Notes: generated by a model from the sequence alone, not told the origin. DNA of 64,000 bases from Candidatus Humimicrobiaceae bacterium (GCA_035530555.1 DATKUR010000003.1:19184-83183), one strand, 5' to 3'. Positions 1 through 9,842 are shown, counted from the first letter of the stretch. A program made the numbers and translations.

Positions 1-308
1 AGATCTACAAGCTTATTCCAATTTGACGATTAGTAGAAAGTATCAATTGGACGGAAATCTTTCTACTTTTAGTCTATTTTGCTTTGATAGTCTTTCTAGA
101 CTTTAAAAAAGAACCATCTATCTCGATAATATGACACCCATTTTTCGCCTATCGAGAATCAGCGAACTGGATGCCGCATTAAGCGTAGGCTAACGCGGGT
201 TTTTGGAATAAGTTGGCACTTATGTCCGTGATAGGCAGTTTTACGAGTTGACCTATCTTGCTCGGCTTGCCTGTCTTGGTTAATTCCCCGTCTACTCAAC
301 GCGCCCCC
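1..308 (-). ncRNA. ssrA: tmRNA (ssrA), 5' portion; the 3' tRNA-like end lies beyond the window start
   Basis: The minus strand reads GGGGGCGCGUUGAGUAGACGGGG...AAGCCGAG...CUCGUAAAACUGCC...AUAAGU GCC AAC UUA UUC CAA AAA CCC GCG UUA GCC UAC GCU UAA. The 5' acceptor/P2a, the PK1 region and the pre-tag UCGUAAAA element match the tmRNA consensus as I recall it from E. coli ssrA. It is followed by a tag ORF (ANLFQKPALAYA*, plus coordinates 179-217) and lies immediately downstream of smpB. Confidence 0.8.
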
Positions 309-747
309 GTTTTAAAGTTCTTTCAATTTCTCTTTCTGTCTCTCGTTTCTTGATTGACTCTCTCTTGTCAGTTTTTTTCTTTCCTCTGGCAATCCCGAGC
401 TCAATTTTTATCTTCCCGTTTTTAGTATACACCTTTAATGGTATCAGGGTCAAGCCTTTTTGTTTTGATTTACCAATTAGATATTTAATCTCTGATTTTT
501 TTAAAAGGAGCTTTCGCGATCTCTCAGGGTCATAATCCGACGGCGCGTTTTTTGGTTGGTAAGCAGGAATTTTAGACCCAATCCAATATATTTCTTCGTT
601 CCGAACTATTACGTATGATCCTGCCAAGTTTACCCCTCTTGTTTTTATCGATTTTACTTCTTGACCAATCAAAACAACTCCCGCCTCGAATTTCTCCAGG
701 ATTTGGTAATTAAAGTAAGCTTTTTTATTCTCTGCTAAAAGTTTCAT
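292..747 (-). CDS. smpB: SsrA-binding protein SmpB
   Basis: MKLLAENKKAYFNYQILEKFEAGVVLIGQEVKSIK...basic C-terminal tail. The ORF was trimmed from 936 to the ATG at 745-747 because the 63-aa N-terminal extension is low-complexity and overlaps argS. Confidence 0.9.
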   Translation of the reverse strand: MKLLAENKKAYFNYQILEKFEAGVVLIGQEVKSIKTRGVNLAGSYVIVRNEEIYWIGSKIPAYQPKNAPSDYDPERSRKLLLKKSEIKYLIGKSKQKGLTLIPLKVYTKNGKIKIELGIARGKKKTDKRESIKKRETEREIERTLKRGRVE

Positions 748-777
748 CTCTTTTATTTTAGCAAAAATTAGGATAAA

Positions 778-2325
778 ATGAAGGAGATGGTAAAAGAAAA
801 AATAAAAAATTTGACAGCCAGAGCAGTCAAAAACCTCTATAAAAAGGAGGTAGAAATTGAAGTGGAGCGACCGGTAACAAAAAATTACGGTGATTACACT
901 ACTAATGTTGCAATGGCAATTAAGGAAAATCCCCAAGAGATCGCCAAACAGATAAAATCTACCATTCTAGAGAAGGTAGAAGTAAAGAACGGTTTTATTA
1001 ATTTTTTTCTTTCAAAGGAATATCTACAAGAACAAGTAAAAGAGATTTTAAAAGAAAAAGATAAATTCGGCTGTTTGAAAATTAACAAAGGTAAAAGGGC
1101 TAATCTGGAGTTCATTTCAGCCAATCCTACAGGAGAACTTCATTTAGGACATGGCCGAGGAGCTTTTTTTGGCGACGTTTTAGCTAATATTTTGGAGAAA
1201 TCAGGGGCTAAGGTGATCAAAGAATATTATATTAACGATGCTAAAACCAGCCTTCAGATAAAAGAGTTAGGGAAAACTGCTCTAGGCGAGGGGATCACTT
1301 ACTCTACGGATTATTTAAAAAAGGCGATCAAAAAAATAAAAAATAAAATTGAAAAATCCAGCGGTGAGGGAGAAGCAGGATATTTGTTAGCCCAGTTAGT
1401 TCAAAAAGATATTAGGGGATTTATTGAGGAAAAGCTGAAAATTAGATTTGCTAAATGGGTTTCAGAAGAGAACGATTTATATAAAAAAAGCAAGATAGCT
1501 AAAATTAAAAATTGGCTGACAAAGAAAAGATTAATTTACAAAAAAGAGGGAGCCATTTGGTTAAAAACTTCAAAATACGATGAGACAAAAGATTGGGTGG
1601 TAATTAGGGGGACGGGAGAGCCCACATACTTGCTTTCTGACATTGCCTATCATCAAGATAAATTTGAAAGAAAATTTGATAGAATAATTGATATCTGGGG
1701 CGCCGACCATCAAGGACACGTTGGCAAGATAAAAGCAGTAGCCAAGATGTTGAGATACAAGGGAGACTTAGATATCTTAATTTCTCAGGTTGTCAGACTA
1801 AGAAAAGGAAAGATTTCTAAGAGAAAGGGGCAGGTCGTAACTTTGGAATGGTTAATAAACGAAGTAGGGTTAGACGCAGCAAGATTTTTCTACTTAATGA
1901 AGTCTTTGGATACCCAGGTGGAATTCGATGTGGACTTAGCTAAAGAAAAATCCGTTAAAAGCCCTGTTTATTATATTCAGTATGCCCACGCCAGAATTTG
2001 CAGCATCTTGAGAAAAATTCCCAATCACAAATTTCCAGATTCCAACCTGAAATTATTAGTTCATCATTCAGAACTCAACTTAATTAAGCAGCTAATCAGA
2101 TTGCCGGAAATTATTGAAGAGACTGCCAAAGACTATCAGGTACAGCGATTGCCGCAATATTCAACAGAACTGGCAGCTGCTTTCCATCAATTCTACAGGG
2201 ATTGTCGGGTCCTGACCGAAACCCGTTCTCTGTTAGCTGCTCGTTTAGCTCTGGTTTTAGCTACTAAAATTGTTTTAAATAATACTTTAGATTTAATGGG
2301 AATTTCCGCCCCAGAGAAAATGTAA
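778..2325 (+). CDS. argS: arginyl-tRNA synthetase
   Basis: Class I HIGH-type motif HLGHGRGAFFGDVLANILEKSG, a DALR anticodon-binding C-terminus, and a length of 515 aa. Confidence 0.93.
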   Translation: MKEMVKEKIKNLTARAVKNLYKKEVEIEVERPVTKNYGDYTTNVAMAIKENPQEIAKQIKSTILEKVEVKNGFINFFLSKEYLQEQVKEILKEKDKFGCLKINKGKRANLEFISANPTGELHLGHGRGAFFGDVLANILEKSGAKVIKEYYINDAKTSLQIKELGKTALGEGITYSTDYLKKAIKKIKNKIEKSSGEGEAGYLLAQLVQKDIRGFIEEKLKIRFAKWVSEENDLYKKSKIAKIKNWLTKKRLIYKKEGAIWLKTSKYDETKDWVVIRGTGEPTYLLSDIAYHQDKFERKFDRIIDIWGADHQGHVGKIKAVAKMLRYKGDLDILISQVVRLRKGKISKRKGQVVTLEWLINEVGLDAARFFYLMKSLDTQVEFDVDLAKEKSVKSPVYYIQYAHARICSILRKIPNHKFPDSNLKLLVHHSELNLIKQLIRLPEIIEETAKDYQVQRLPQYSTELAAAFHQFYRDCRVLTETRSLLAARLALVLATKIVLNNTLDLMGISAPEKM

Positions 2326-2333
2326 ATAAATTT

Positions 2334-5300
2334 ATGGAGATAAATTTTTCCCAGAAAGAAAAAAAGATATTAAAATTTTGGCGGCAAAATGGAATTTTTA
2401 AGAAATCTATTCAGAAGCGCAAAAAGGCGCCGGATTTTGTATTTTTTGAAGGACCGCCAACCGCTAATGCTAAACCAGGCATCCACCATGTTTTAAGCAG
2501 GGTTTATAAGGATGTTATTTGTAGATACAAAACCATGCAGGGATTTAAAGTTTTAAGGAAGGCTGGTTGGGACACTCATGGGTTGCCAGTTGAATTAGAA
2601 ATTGAGAAGAAATTGGGTTTGAGAAATAAAAAAGATATTGAGAAATACGGCATAGCTAAGTTTAATAAACTATGCAAGCAATCGGTTTGGAATTACAAAA
2701 AAGATTGGGAAAATTTAACTGAAAGAATTGCTTTTTGGCTAGATATGAAAAATCCTTACATTACTTATCAGCCGAATTATATTGAGACAGTTTGGTGGAT
2801 TATCAAACAGATTTGGCAGAAAGGACTTTTATACAAAGACTATAAAGTAGTCCCTTACTGCGCTCGTTGCGGTACAGGCTTATCGAGTCATGAAGTAGCC
2901 TTAGGGTATAAAAGGATAAGAGAACCAGCAATTTATATTAAGTTTCCAGTTTTGAACCCGGAATTTAAGAAAACCTTCCTTTTGGCTTGGACAACTACTC
3001 CCTGGACATTACCGGGGAACGTTGCGGTGGCTGTAAACCCAGAATTTACTTACGTTAAAGTAAAAATCGGTGAAGAATACTTAATTTTGGCTAAAGAAAG
3101 AATGGGGACTTGCGGAGCGGAAGGAGAAACCGTTAAAGAGTTTAAAGGGAGAGACTTGGTTAATTTGAGGTACCAACCGCTCTATCCTTTCAGTGAAGAG
3201 ATTATTAAGGGGGCTTACCGAGTGATTTCGGCTGATTTTGTTTCTTTGGAAGAAGGAACCGGGCTGGTTCATATAGCTCCGGCCTTTGGCGAAGAAGACA
3301 TGATAATAGGCAAGGAGAATCGGTTACCGACCCTCTTAACAGTTGACGAAGAGGGGAAATTTAAATTAGGAGTTAAAAAATGGGCCAGAATGTTTATTAA
3401 AGAAGCTGACCCATTAATAATCGACGATTTAAAAAGCAGAAATCTTCTCTTTAAAAAGGAAATATACGAACACGATTATCCTTTTTGTTGGCGGTGTCAT
3501 TCGCCCTTGTTTTATTATGCCAAAGAATCCTGGTTTATCAGGGTGACTAAGATAAAGAAAAGCTTAATTAAGAATAACCAAAGAATCAACTGGATTCCGG
3601 CTCATTTGAAAAAAGGAAGATTTGGCGAATGGTTAAAGGAAGTCAAGGATTGGGCCCTAACTAGAGAAAGATACTGGGGAACACCTTTGCCAATTTGGCA
3701 ATGTAGAGAATGCGGCTACCTTGAGGTAATTGGCTCAAAGAAAGATTTGGTATCACAAAAATTCAGCGAAAATAAATACTTTCTTTTAAGGCACGGAACG
3801 TATCCTGGTAACTTAGAAGATATCGTCGTTTGTTGGCCAGAAAAAAGGTCCTTTCCCTTGACTAAGGAAGGAGAGAATCAAATCAAGGCGGTTGCCCAAA
3901 AATTAAAGAACGAAAACATTGACTTAATTTTTTCGTCAGACCTTTTGAGAACAAAACAAACTGCTGAAATTATCGGAAAGGAGTTAGGAATAAAGCCGAA
4001 ATTTGATAAAAAACTTAGGGAAATCAGCGTTGGAATTTTAAACGGAAAACCGATTAAAGAAATTGGTAGATTTTGGGACAAAGAAAAAAAGCTCTCTCCC
4101 CTAGAATATTATTCAAGACGTTTTCAGGTTGCCCCTCCGGAAGGGGAAAATTATACCGACATAGAGAGAAGAATGTACCAATTTATAAAGCGGATTGATA
4201 AAAAATACCAAGGAAAAAATATTTTAATTGTTGGTCATCAACGACCCTTAACTTTACTTGAGAAGGCAAACTACGGCTACGATTTAAAACGACTTACAGA
4301 AATTGTCCTTAGGAAAAAAGAAATAAAAACTGGAGAACTGAGAAAGTTTAAGTTCAAGAGCTTGCCTTATAATAAAAAAATGGAGTTAGATTTCCACCGG
4401 CCTTATGTTGACGAAGTAAAGTTTTGTTGCCAAAACTGTAACGCCCTGATGGAGAGAGCTCCTGAGGTTATTGACTGCTGGTTTGATTCCGGAGCTATGC
4501 CCTTCGCTCAATATCACTATCCTTTTGAAAATAAAGCTTTGATTAATAAGAAAATTCAATTCCCAGCTGATTATATTTCAGAAGCAATTGATCAAACTCG
4601 GGGATGGTTCTATACTTTATTAGCTATTTCTTCCCTACTTGAAAAAGGTCCGACCTATAAAAATGTTCTTTCGGTAGGTCACGTCTTGGATGAAAAAGGA
4701 GAAAAAATGTCAAAATCAAAAGGAAACGTGGTTGATCCCTGGTATATTGTTGAAAAATATGGAGCCGACGCCACTCGCTGGTATTTTTACACCGTTAACC
4801 AACCCGGCGACTCTAAGCTTTTTTCAGAAAAAGACGTCGACCAGGCGCTTAAGAAGTTTATTTTGACTTTTTGGAATTGTTTTACCTTTTATAACACTTA
4901 CATTGCGAATATCAGCAGGGGCCAGTTTCCTCTTAAATCAGCTTCTAATGTAGAGACAGATGTTCCCTTATTGGAGCGATGGGCTGTATCAAAATTAAAC
5001 AGGGTTATCCATGAGGTGACCCAAAAACTTGATGAATACGACATAACTGGGGCCGCTAGAATAATTGAAAATTTCGTTATTAATGATTTCTCTTTGTGGT
5101 ACATTAGAAGGTCGCGTAAGCGCTTTGACGAAGCCGCTAACACCTTGCGGTATACACTTTTGACATTAAGTAAGCTAACCGCTCCCTTTATTCCTTTTCT
5201 ATCCGAGGAAATATACCAAAAAATCCAAAATTCCCCGAAGCAGATAAATTTTGCGACGAGGCAGACAAAATCAAAAATTCAAGACTCTGTCCATTTAGAT

Positions 5301-5843
5301 AATTGGCCGAAAGCAAATAAAAAATTGATTAATAGAGTGTTGGAAAAGAAAATGGAGAAGGCGAGAGAAGCGGTGGCTAAAGGTTTAGCTGAGAGGGCTA
5401 AGGTAAAAATTAAAGTTAGGCAGCCATTAGCGAAATTAAAAATTAAAGATTTAAGGTTTAAGCTGGAAGCAGAATTATTAGATTTGATTAAAGAAGAAGT
5501 TAATGTCAAGGAAATAATTTTTGACCCCAAAATTAAAGGAGAGGTAGAACTAGATACTGAAATTACTCCGGAATTGAGAGAAGCAGGAATAATCAGGGAA
5601 GTTATCCGGCAGATTCAAGAAATGAGAAAAATCGCCGGCTTTAGACCAAAAGACAAGATTTCAGTAAATTATTTTGGCCCGGATGAATTAAGTAAAATCT
5701 TGGAGAAAAATAAAAATTTCATTTTTATAGAAGGCAAAATTAGCAATTTTGTACAAAAAGAAAAAGGAAAAGAGGTTTTTGCTGTTGAAAAAGAGGCTAT
5801 GGTCGACCAGCAAAAACTATGGTTAGCAATTAAAAAAAATTAA
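2334..5843 (+). CDS. ileS: isoleucyl-tRNA synthetase (type 2) with an inserted histidine-phosphatase domain
   Basis: PPTANAKPGIHHV (HIGH region), CP1 editing domain, WCISRQRYWG-like YWGTPLPIW, DCWFDSG, and KMSKSKGNVVDP. A PGAM-like insert (RHG...SSDLLRTKQTAEII...VGHQ) spans about aa 475-680. Confidence 0.9.
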   Translation: MEINFSQKEKKILKFWRQNGIFKKSIQKRKKAPDFVFFEGPPTANAKPGIHHVLSRVYKDVICRYKTMQGFKVLRKAGWDTHGLPVELEIEKKLGLRNKKDIEKYGIAKFNKLCKQSVWNYKKDWENLTERIAFWLDMKNPYITYQPNYIETVWWIIKQIWQKGLLYKDYKVVPYCARCGTGLSSHEVALGYKRIREPAIYIKFPVLNPEFKKTFLLAWTTTPWTLPGNVAVAVNPEFTYVKVKIGEEYLILAKERMGTCGAEGETVKEFKGRDLVNLRYQPLYPFSEEIIKGAYRVISADFVSLEEGTGLVHIAPAFGEEDMIIGKENRLPTLLTVDEEGKFKLGVKKWARMFIKEADPLIIDDLKSRNLLFKKEIYEHDYPFCWRCHSPLFYYAKESWFIRVTKIKKSLIKNNQRINWIPAHLKKGRFGEWLKEVKDWALTRERYWGTPLPIWQCRECGYLEVIGSKKDLVSQKFSENKYFLLRHGTYPGNLEDIVVCWPEKRSFPLTKEGENQIKAVAQKLKNENIDLIFSSDLLRTKQTAEIIGKELGIKPKFDKKLREISVGILNGKPIKEIGRFWDKEKKLSPLEYYSRRFQVAPPEGENYTDIERRMYQFIKRIDKKYQGKNILIVGHQRPLTLLEKANYGYDLKRLTEIVLRKKEIKTGELRKFKFKSLPYNKKMELDFHRPYVDEVKFCCQNCNALMERAPEVIDCWFDSGAMPFAQYHYPFENKALINKKIQFPADYISEAIDQTRGWFYTLLAISSLLEKGPTYKNVLSVGHVLDEKGEKMSKSKGNVVDPWYIVEKYGADATRWYFYTVNQPGDSKLFSEKDVDQALKKFILTFWNCFTFYNTYIANISRGQFPLKSASNVETDVPLLERWAVSKLNRVIHEVTQKLDEYDITGAARIIENFVINDFSLWYIRRSRKRFDEAANTLRYTLLTLSKLTAPFIPFLSEEIYQKIQNSPKQINFATRQTKSKIQDSVHLDNWPKANKKLINRVLEKKMEKAREAVAKGLAERAKVKIKVRQPLAKLKIKDLRFKLEAELLDLIKEEVNVKEIIFDPKIKGEVELDTEITPELREAGIIREVIRQIQEMRKIAGFRPKDKISVNYFGPDELSKILEKNKNFIFIEGKISNFVQKEKGKEVFAVEKEAMVDQQKLWLAIKKN

Positions 5844-5846
5844 AAT

Positions 5847-6236
5847 ATGGCTATTTCCGAAAAACAACAATCATTTATTAAAGAAAATATAGGAAAACAA
5901 GAGAAAGCGTCACCTCCTAAAGAAGAGGAAAAAGACACCTCGCTGTTTAAAGGCAGGCCCTATGTTACTCAAGAAACAGGAAAGCGTTGGGTAAAGGGAA
6001 ACGAAGCATACAACCTTACAAAAATTCCCGAAAAAAGAAGAACTGAAGTATGGGAAAATATTACTAAAGGTACCGATATTCATTTTCAAACGAGTGAAGC
6101 TAAAGAAAAATACAAAGAAATCAAAGAATCATCCCTAGTAAAGGTTAAAGAAAAATATGGAATTAAAAGCGAAGGAGAGAGAAAGGGCATGCTTAAAATG
6201 CTAGAAAAATCTTTAGGAAAATCTCTAAAAAAATAA
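5847..6236 (+). CDS. hypothetical K/E-rich protein
   Basis: A 129-aa charged ORF with no recognisable motif, tightly packed between ileS and recO. Confidence 0.45.
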   Translation: MAISEKQQSFIKENIGKQEKASPPKEEEKDTSLFKGRPYVTQETGKRWVKGNEAYNLTKIPEKRRTEVWENITKGTDIHFQTSEAKEKYKEIKESSLVKVKEKYGIKSEGERKGMLKMLEKSLGKSLKK

Positions 6237-6875
6237 ATGTTCGTCCATTACCGAACCCAGGGATTAATCCTTAAAAAAGAGGATCGGGGCGATGCGGATT
6301 TATTATTTACTATTTACACGAGAGATTTTGGGAAATTAAAGATTTTAGGAAAGGCAATTAGGAAAATTTCTTCAAAATTAAGGGCAGGAGCCGAGATTTT
6401 TTACCTATCGGAAATTGAATTTATTCAAGGGAAAACTTACAAAACTTTAACGGACGCCATCTTAATTGAAAAATTCGCAAATATTAAAACCGATTTAAAA
6501 AGATTAAAAATCGCTTATAAAATTTCTGGGATTTTAGATAATTTGGTTAAAGACCCAGAGTCCGACGAAAAAATTTGGCGTTTATTAAAGGAGACGTTTA
6601 GAAAACTAAATAAATTAGAAACTACTGAGGTAAAATTAGAAATTTTATACTATTATTTCTTTTGGAATCTTGTTTCCTTTCTTGGTTATCAGCCGGAGCT
6701 GTGGACCGACTCTATCTGCGGAAGGCAAATTGACGCCGACCTTGCTAAGATTTTAAAAATTATCATAAAGAACGATTGGCAGGTCTTATTAAAATTGAAA
6801 ATTACGCCTGTCCATCTAAGATTGTTAAAAAATATCTCTCAGTGGTATAATAAAGAGGTATGCGTAATAGACTAG
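6237..6875 (+). CDS. recO: DNA repair protein RecO
   Basis: N-terminal OB-fold pattern GLILKKEDRGDADLLFTIYTRDFGKLKILGKAIRK and C-terminal FLGYQPELWTDSICG. Confidence 0.7.
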   Translation: MFVHYRTQGLILKKEDRGDADLLFTIYTRDFGKLKILGKAIRKISSKLRAGAEIFYLSEIEFIQGKTYKTLTDAILIEKFANIKTDLKRLKIAYKISGILDNLVKDPESDEKIWRLLKETFRKLNKLETTEVKLEILYYYFFWNLVSFLGYQPELWTDSICGRQIDADLAKILKIIIKNDWQVLLKLKITPVHLRLLKNISQWYNKEVCVID

Positions 6876-8512
6876 TTTTAGCAATTATAATTTTAGCTGT
6901 TTTGATGGGTATCATCGGCTATTTGTGGCAAAGACAGGCTTTTTCTAAAGAAGTTTTAAGTCTGGAGATTTTAAGTAAAAGAGAAGTAGAATTTTCAGAA
7001 GAAGTTGAATATGTCGTCAAATATAAGAATAACGGAGCGGTCTGCCTCGAAGAGCCGCGATTGATTTTTGAATATCCGAAACAGGCCCTTGTTTCCGATA
7101 ATAAACCATTGCGGCAGGAAATAGTTTTAGACGATATTTATCCCGGTACGGAAAAAACCACTTCTTTTAAGGCCAGACTGTTGGGCAGAGAAGGAGAAAA
7201 TATAACAGCCAAGGCTAATTTGAGTTATCGGCCAAAAAATTTGACAGCCCGATATGAATCGGAGACCACTTTTACTACAATCATTGACTCGGTCCCTATT
7301 ACCTTTGAACTTGACCTGCCGTCAAAGATTGAATCGACAAAAAACTTTACCTTTAGAATAAATTATTTTTCCAATCTTGATTACCCGCTGACCGACTTAC
7401 GGGTTCAGACTGAATATCCTTCCGAATTTGAATTTATTGAGTCCACTCCCCATTCTTTAGAGAAAAATGAATGGATTATCCCGCTTTTGAATAAAAATCA
7501 GGGGGGAAAGATTGAAATTACCGGCAAAGTTTTCGGTCAAATCAGCGATGCGAGAATCTTTATAGCAAAACTGGGCATTTTCAAAGAAGGAGAGTTTATT
7601 CTGCTAAAAGAAGTGAAAAAAGGACTGGAGATTATAAAGCCATTGATTTATATCAGGCAAGAAATTAACAGAAACCCTCAATATACGGCCCGGCCCGGCG
7701 ATTGGTTGCATTATGAGATTTACTTTAAGAATATTGGCGAAAATATTCTGAATGATATATTTATAATTAGCCAGCTGGAAGGAGAAGCCTTTGACTCAGA
7801 AACCATTAGATCTGATTTGGGGCAAGCTGAGCCTGGTTCAAGCTCCGTAATCTTTGACGGGCGCAAGATTTCTCAGCTTCAATATTTACTGCCGATGGAA
7901 GAAAGAAAAGTTGATTTTTGGATAAAAGTGAAAGACGACTTAGGTCCCGTCGAAAAGCCTATTTTAATAAACAAGATTTCTATCAATGATGTAAGAGAGG
8001 AGTTTATCACCAAAATCAGCTCAAAAGTAGAGATAGCTCAGAAAGGATTTTTTCAGGATGAGGTTTTCGGGAATAGAGGACCAATTCCGCCCCGGGTAGG
8101 CGAAGCCACAACCTATACCATTATCTGGCAAGTAAAAAATTATTATTCCCTGGTAAAAGACATCAAAGTAAAAGCCATTTTGCCCCTGGGAGCTCAGTTA
8201 ACCGGGAAAATTTTTCCCGAAGATGAGACCACGAAATTTTCCTTTGATTCACAATCAAGAGAAATTATCTGGTCGGTTGGTGATCTAGAAAGAGGAAGCG
8301 GTGTCTTTACCCCGAGTAAAAATATTGCTTTTCAGGTTTCTCTTACCCCTAATCAATCTCAGCGAGGCCAGACTCCGAAAATTATTAATACAGCCACAAT
8401 AACTGGCGAAGATAGCTGGACTGATCGAATTCTGGAAGCCACCTCTCCGGCCATAGATACTACTATACCAGATGACGAAACCATAACCGAGGAAATGGGC
8501 AATGTCCAATAA
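6860..8512 (+). CDS. hypothetical membrane-anchored beta-rich surface protein
   Basis: N-terminal TM/signal anchor (LVLAIIILAVLMGIIGYLW) followed by about 520 aa of beta-rich sequence with no known motif. It overlaps the recO end and the glyS start. Confidence 0.55.
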   Translation: MRNRLVLAIIILAVLMGIIGYLWQRQAFSKEVLSLEILSKREVEFSEEVEYVVKYKNNGAVCLEEPRLIFEYPKQALVSDNKPLRQEIVLDDIYPGTEKTTSFKARLLGREGENITAKANLSYRPKNLTARYESETTFTTIIDSVPITFELDLPSKIESTKNFTFRINYFSNLDYPLTDLRVQTEYPSEFEFIESTPHSLEKNEWIIPLLNKNQGGKIEITGKVFGQISDARIFIAKLGIFKEGEFILLKEVKKGLEIIKPLIYIRQEINRNPQYTARPGDWLHYEIYFKNIGENILNDIFIISQLEGEAFDSETIRSDLGQAEPGSSSVIFDGRKISQLQYLLPMEERKVDFWIKVKDDLGPVEKPILINKISINDVREEFITKISSKVEIAQKGFFQDEVFGNRGPIPPRVGEATTYTIIWQVKNYYSLVKDIKVKAILPLGAQLTGKIFPEDETTKFSFDSQSREIIWSVGDLERGSGVFTPSKNIAFQVSLTPNQSQRGQTPKIINTATITGEDSWTDRILEATSPAIDTTIPDDETITEEMGNVQ

Positions 8513-8513
8513 C

Positions 8514-9842
8514 ATGGCTGATTTAATGAAGAAAATTGTCTCTTTATGCAAGCGCCGAGGTTTTATTTATCAATCCTCGGAGATTTACGGTGGCGTAGAA
8601 GCCCTCTGGGATTACGGGCCCTTGGGGGCTATTTTAAAAAATAATATCAGGAATCTCTGGCTTAAGAAATTTGTTCAAAGTCGAGAAGATATAGCCTTGA
8701 TGGATGGTACGGTTCTTATGCATCCCAAGACCTGGGAGGCTTCAGGTCACCTTGAAAATTTTACCGATCCTTTAATTGAATGTAAGAAATGTCATAATCG
8801 TTTCAGAGAGGATCAATTGACTAAAAGGGAATGTCCTCAGTGTAAGAGTAAAGAGTTTACCCCAACCAGACAATTTAATTTACTTTTCAAAACTTTTTTG
8901 GGACCGGTGGAAGACAAGACTCATATAACTTACCTAAGGCCAGAAACTGCTCAGTCTATGTTTGCTGATTTTAAACTAATCCAAGAATCTCAGCGTTTAA
9001 AAATTCCTTTTGGTATTGCTCAGGTTGGTCGTTGTTTTAGAAACGAAATTACTACCGGCAACTTTACTTTTCGTTCCCGAGAGTTTGATATTGCCGAAAT
9101 TGAATATTTTGTTGAACCAGGCCAAGACGAAAAACAGTTTAACGTTTGGTTAGATAGTTGGGAAAAATTCTTTTTAGAATTAGGTCTAAAAAAAGAAAAT
9201 CTTAGGCGTCATGAGCATTCCAAGAAGTCTTTGTCTCATTACTCCAAGAGAACAGTTGATATTGAATATAAATTTCCTTTTGGCTGGTCAGAATTAGCTG
9301 GCATAGCCAATCGTACAGATTATGACTTAAAAAGACATAGTCAGTTTTCCGGTGAAGATTTGGAATATTTTAACGAAGAGACAAAAAAGAAATATTATCC
9401 TTATGTTATTGAGCCAACCATGGGAATAGAAAGAGCCCTTTTGGCACTCTTGTGCGATGCTTATGCTGAGATTCAGGGCGGCAGAACAGAAACTACCAAG
9501 GCCACCAAAGAAATTGAGATTATTTTGAAGCTAGATAAAAAAATAGCGCCGATTAAGGTAGTAGTCCTACCTTTAATTAAAAACAAGCCAGAACTGGTTA
9601 AGAAAGCTAAGGAAGTTTTTGAAACTTTAAAGGCTCGTTTTATGGCCCAGTACGATGAAGTGGGTTCAATTGGGAGACGTTACCGCAGACAGGATGAAAT
9701 CGGCACTTTGTTCGCCATTACTATTGACTTCGAAACCTTAGAAAAAGACGATGTAACGGTTCGCGATCGTGACACAATGTCGCAAGAAAGAATAAGAATT
9801 TCAGATTTAACCCAAGTCTTAGAAAAAAAATTGAGCGAGTAA
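8514..9842 (+). CDS. glyQS: glycyl-tRNA synthetase (dimeric class II, GlyQS type)
   Basis: MADLMKKIVSLCKRRGFIYQSSEIYGG...GPLG. An alternative ATG at 8502 would overlap the upstream stop. Confidence 0.9.
   Translation: MADLMKKIVSLCKRRGFIYQSSEIYGGVEALWDYGPLGAILKNNIRNLWLKKFVQSREDIALMDGTVLMHPKTWEASGHLENFTDPLIECKKCHNRFREDQLTKRECPQCKSKEFTPTRQFNLLFKTFLGPVEDKTHITYLRPETAQSMFADFKLIQESQRLKIPFGIAQVGRCFRNEITTGNFTFRSREFDIAEIEYFVEPGQDEKQFNVWLDSWEKFFLELGLKKENLRRHEHSKKSLSHYSKRTVDIEYKFPFGWSELAGIANRTDYDLKRHSQFSGEDLEYFNEETKKKYYPYVIEPTMGIERALLALLCDAYAEIQGGRTETTKATKEIEIILKLDKKIAPIKVVVLPLIKNKPELVKKAKEVFETLKARFMAQYDEVGSIGRRYRRQDEIGTLFAITIDFETLEKDDVTVRDRDTMSQERIRISDLTQVLEKKLSE

Noticed and set aside
748-936. 63-aa N-terminal extension of the SmpB ORF
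   Set aside because: It is a low-complexity Phe/Tyr-rich translation of the argS promoter and 5' region and overlaps the argS start. SmpB begins at MKLLAENKK.
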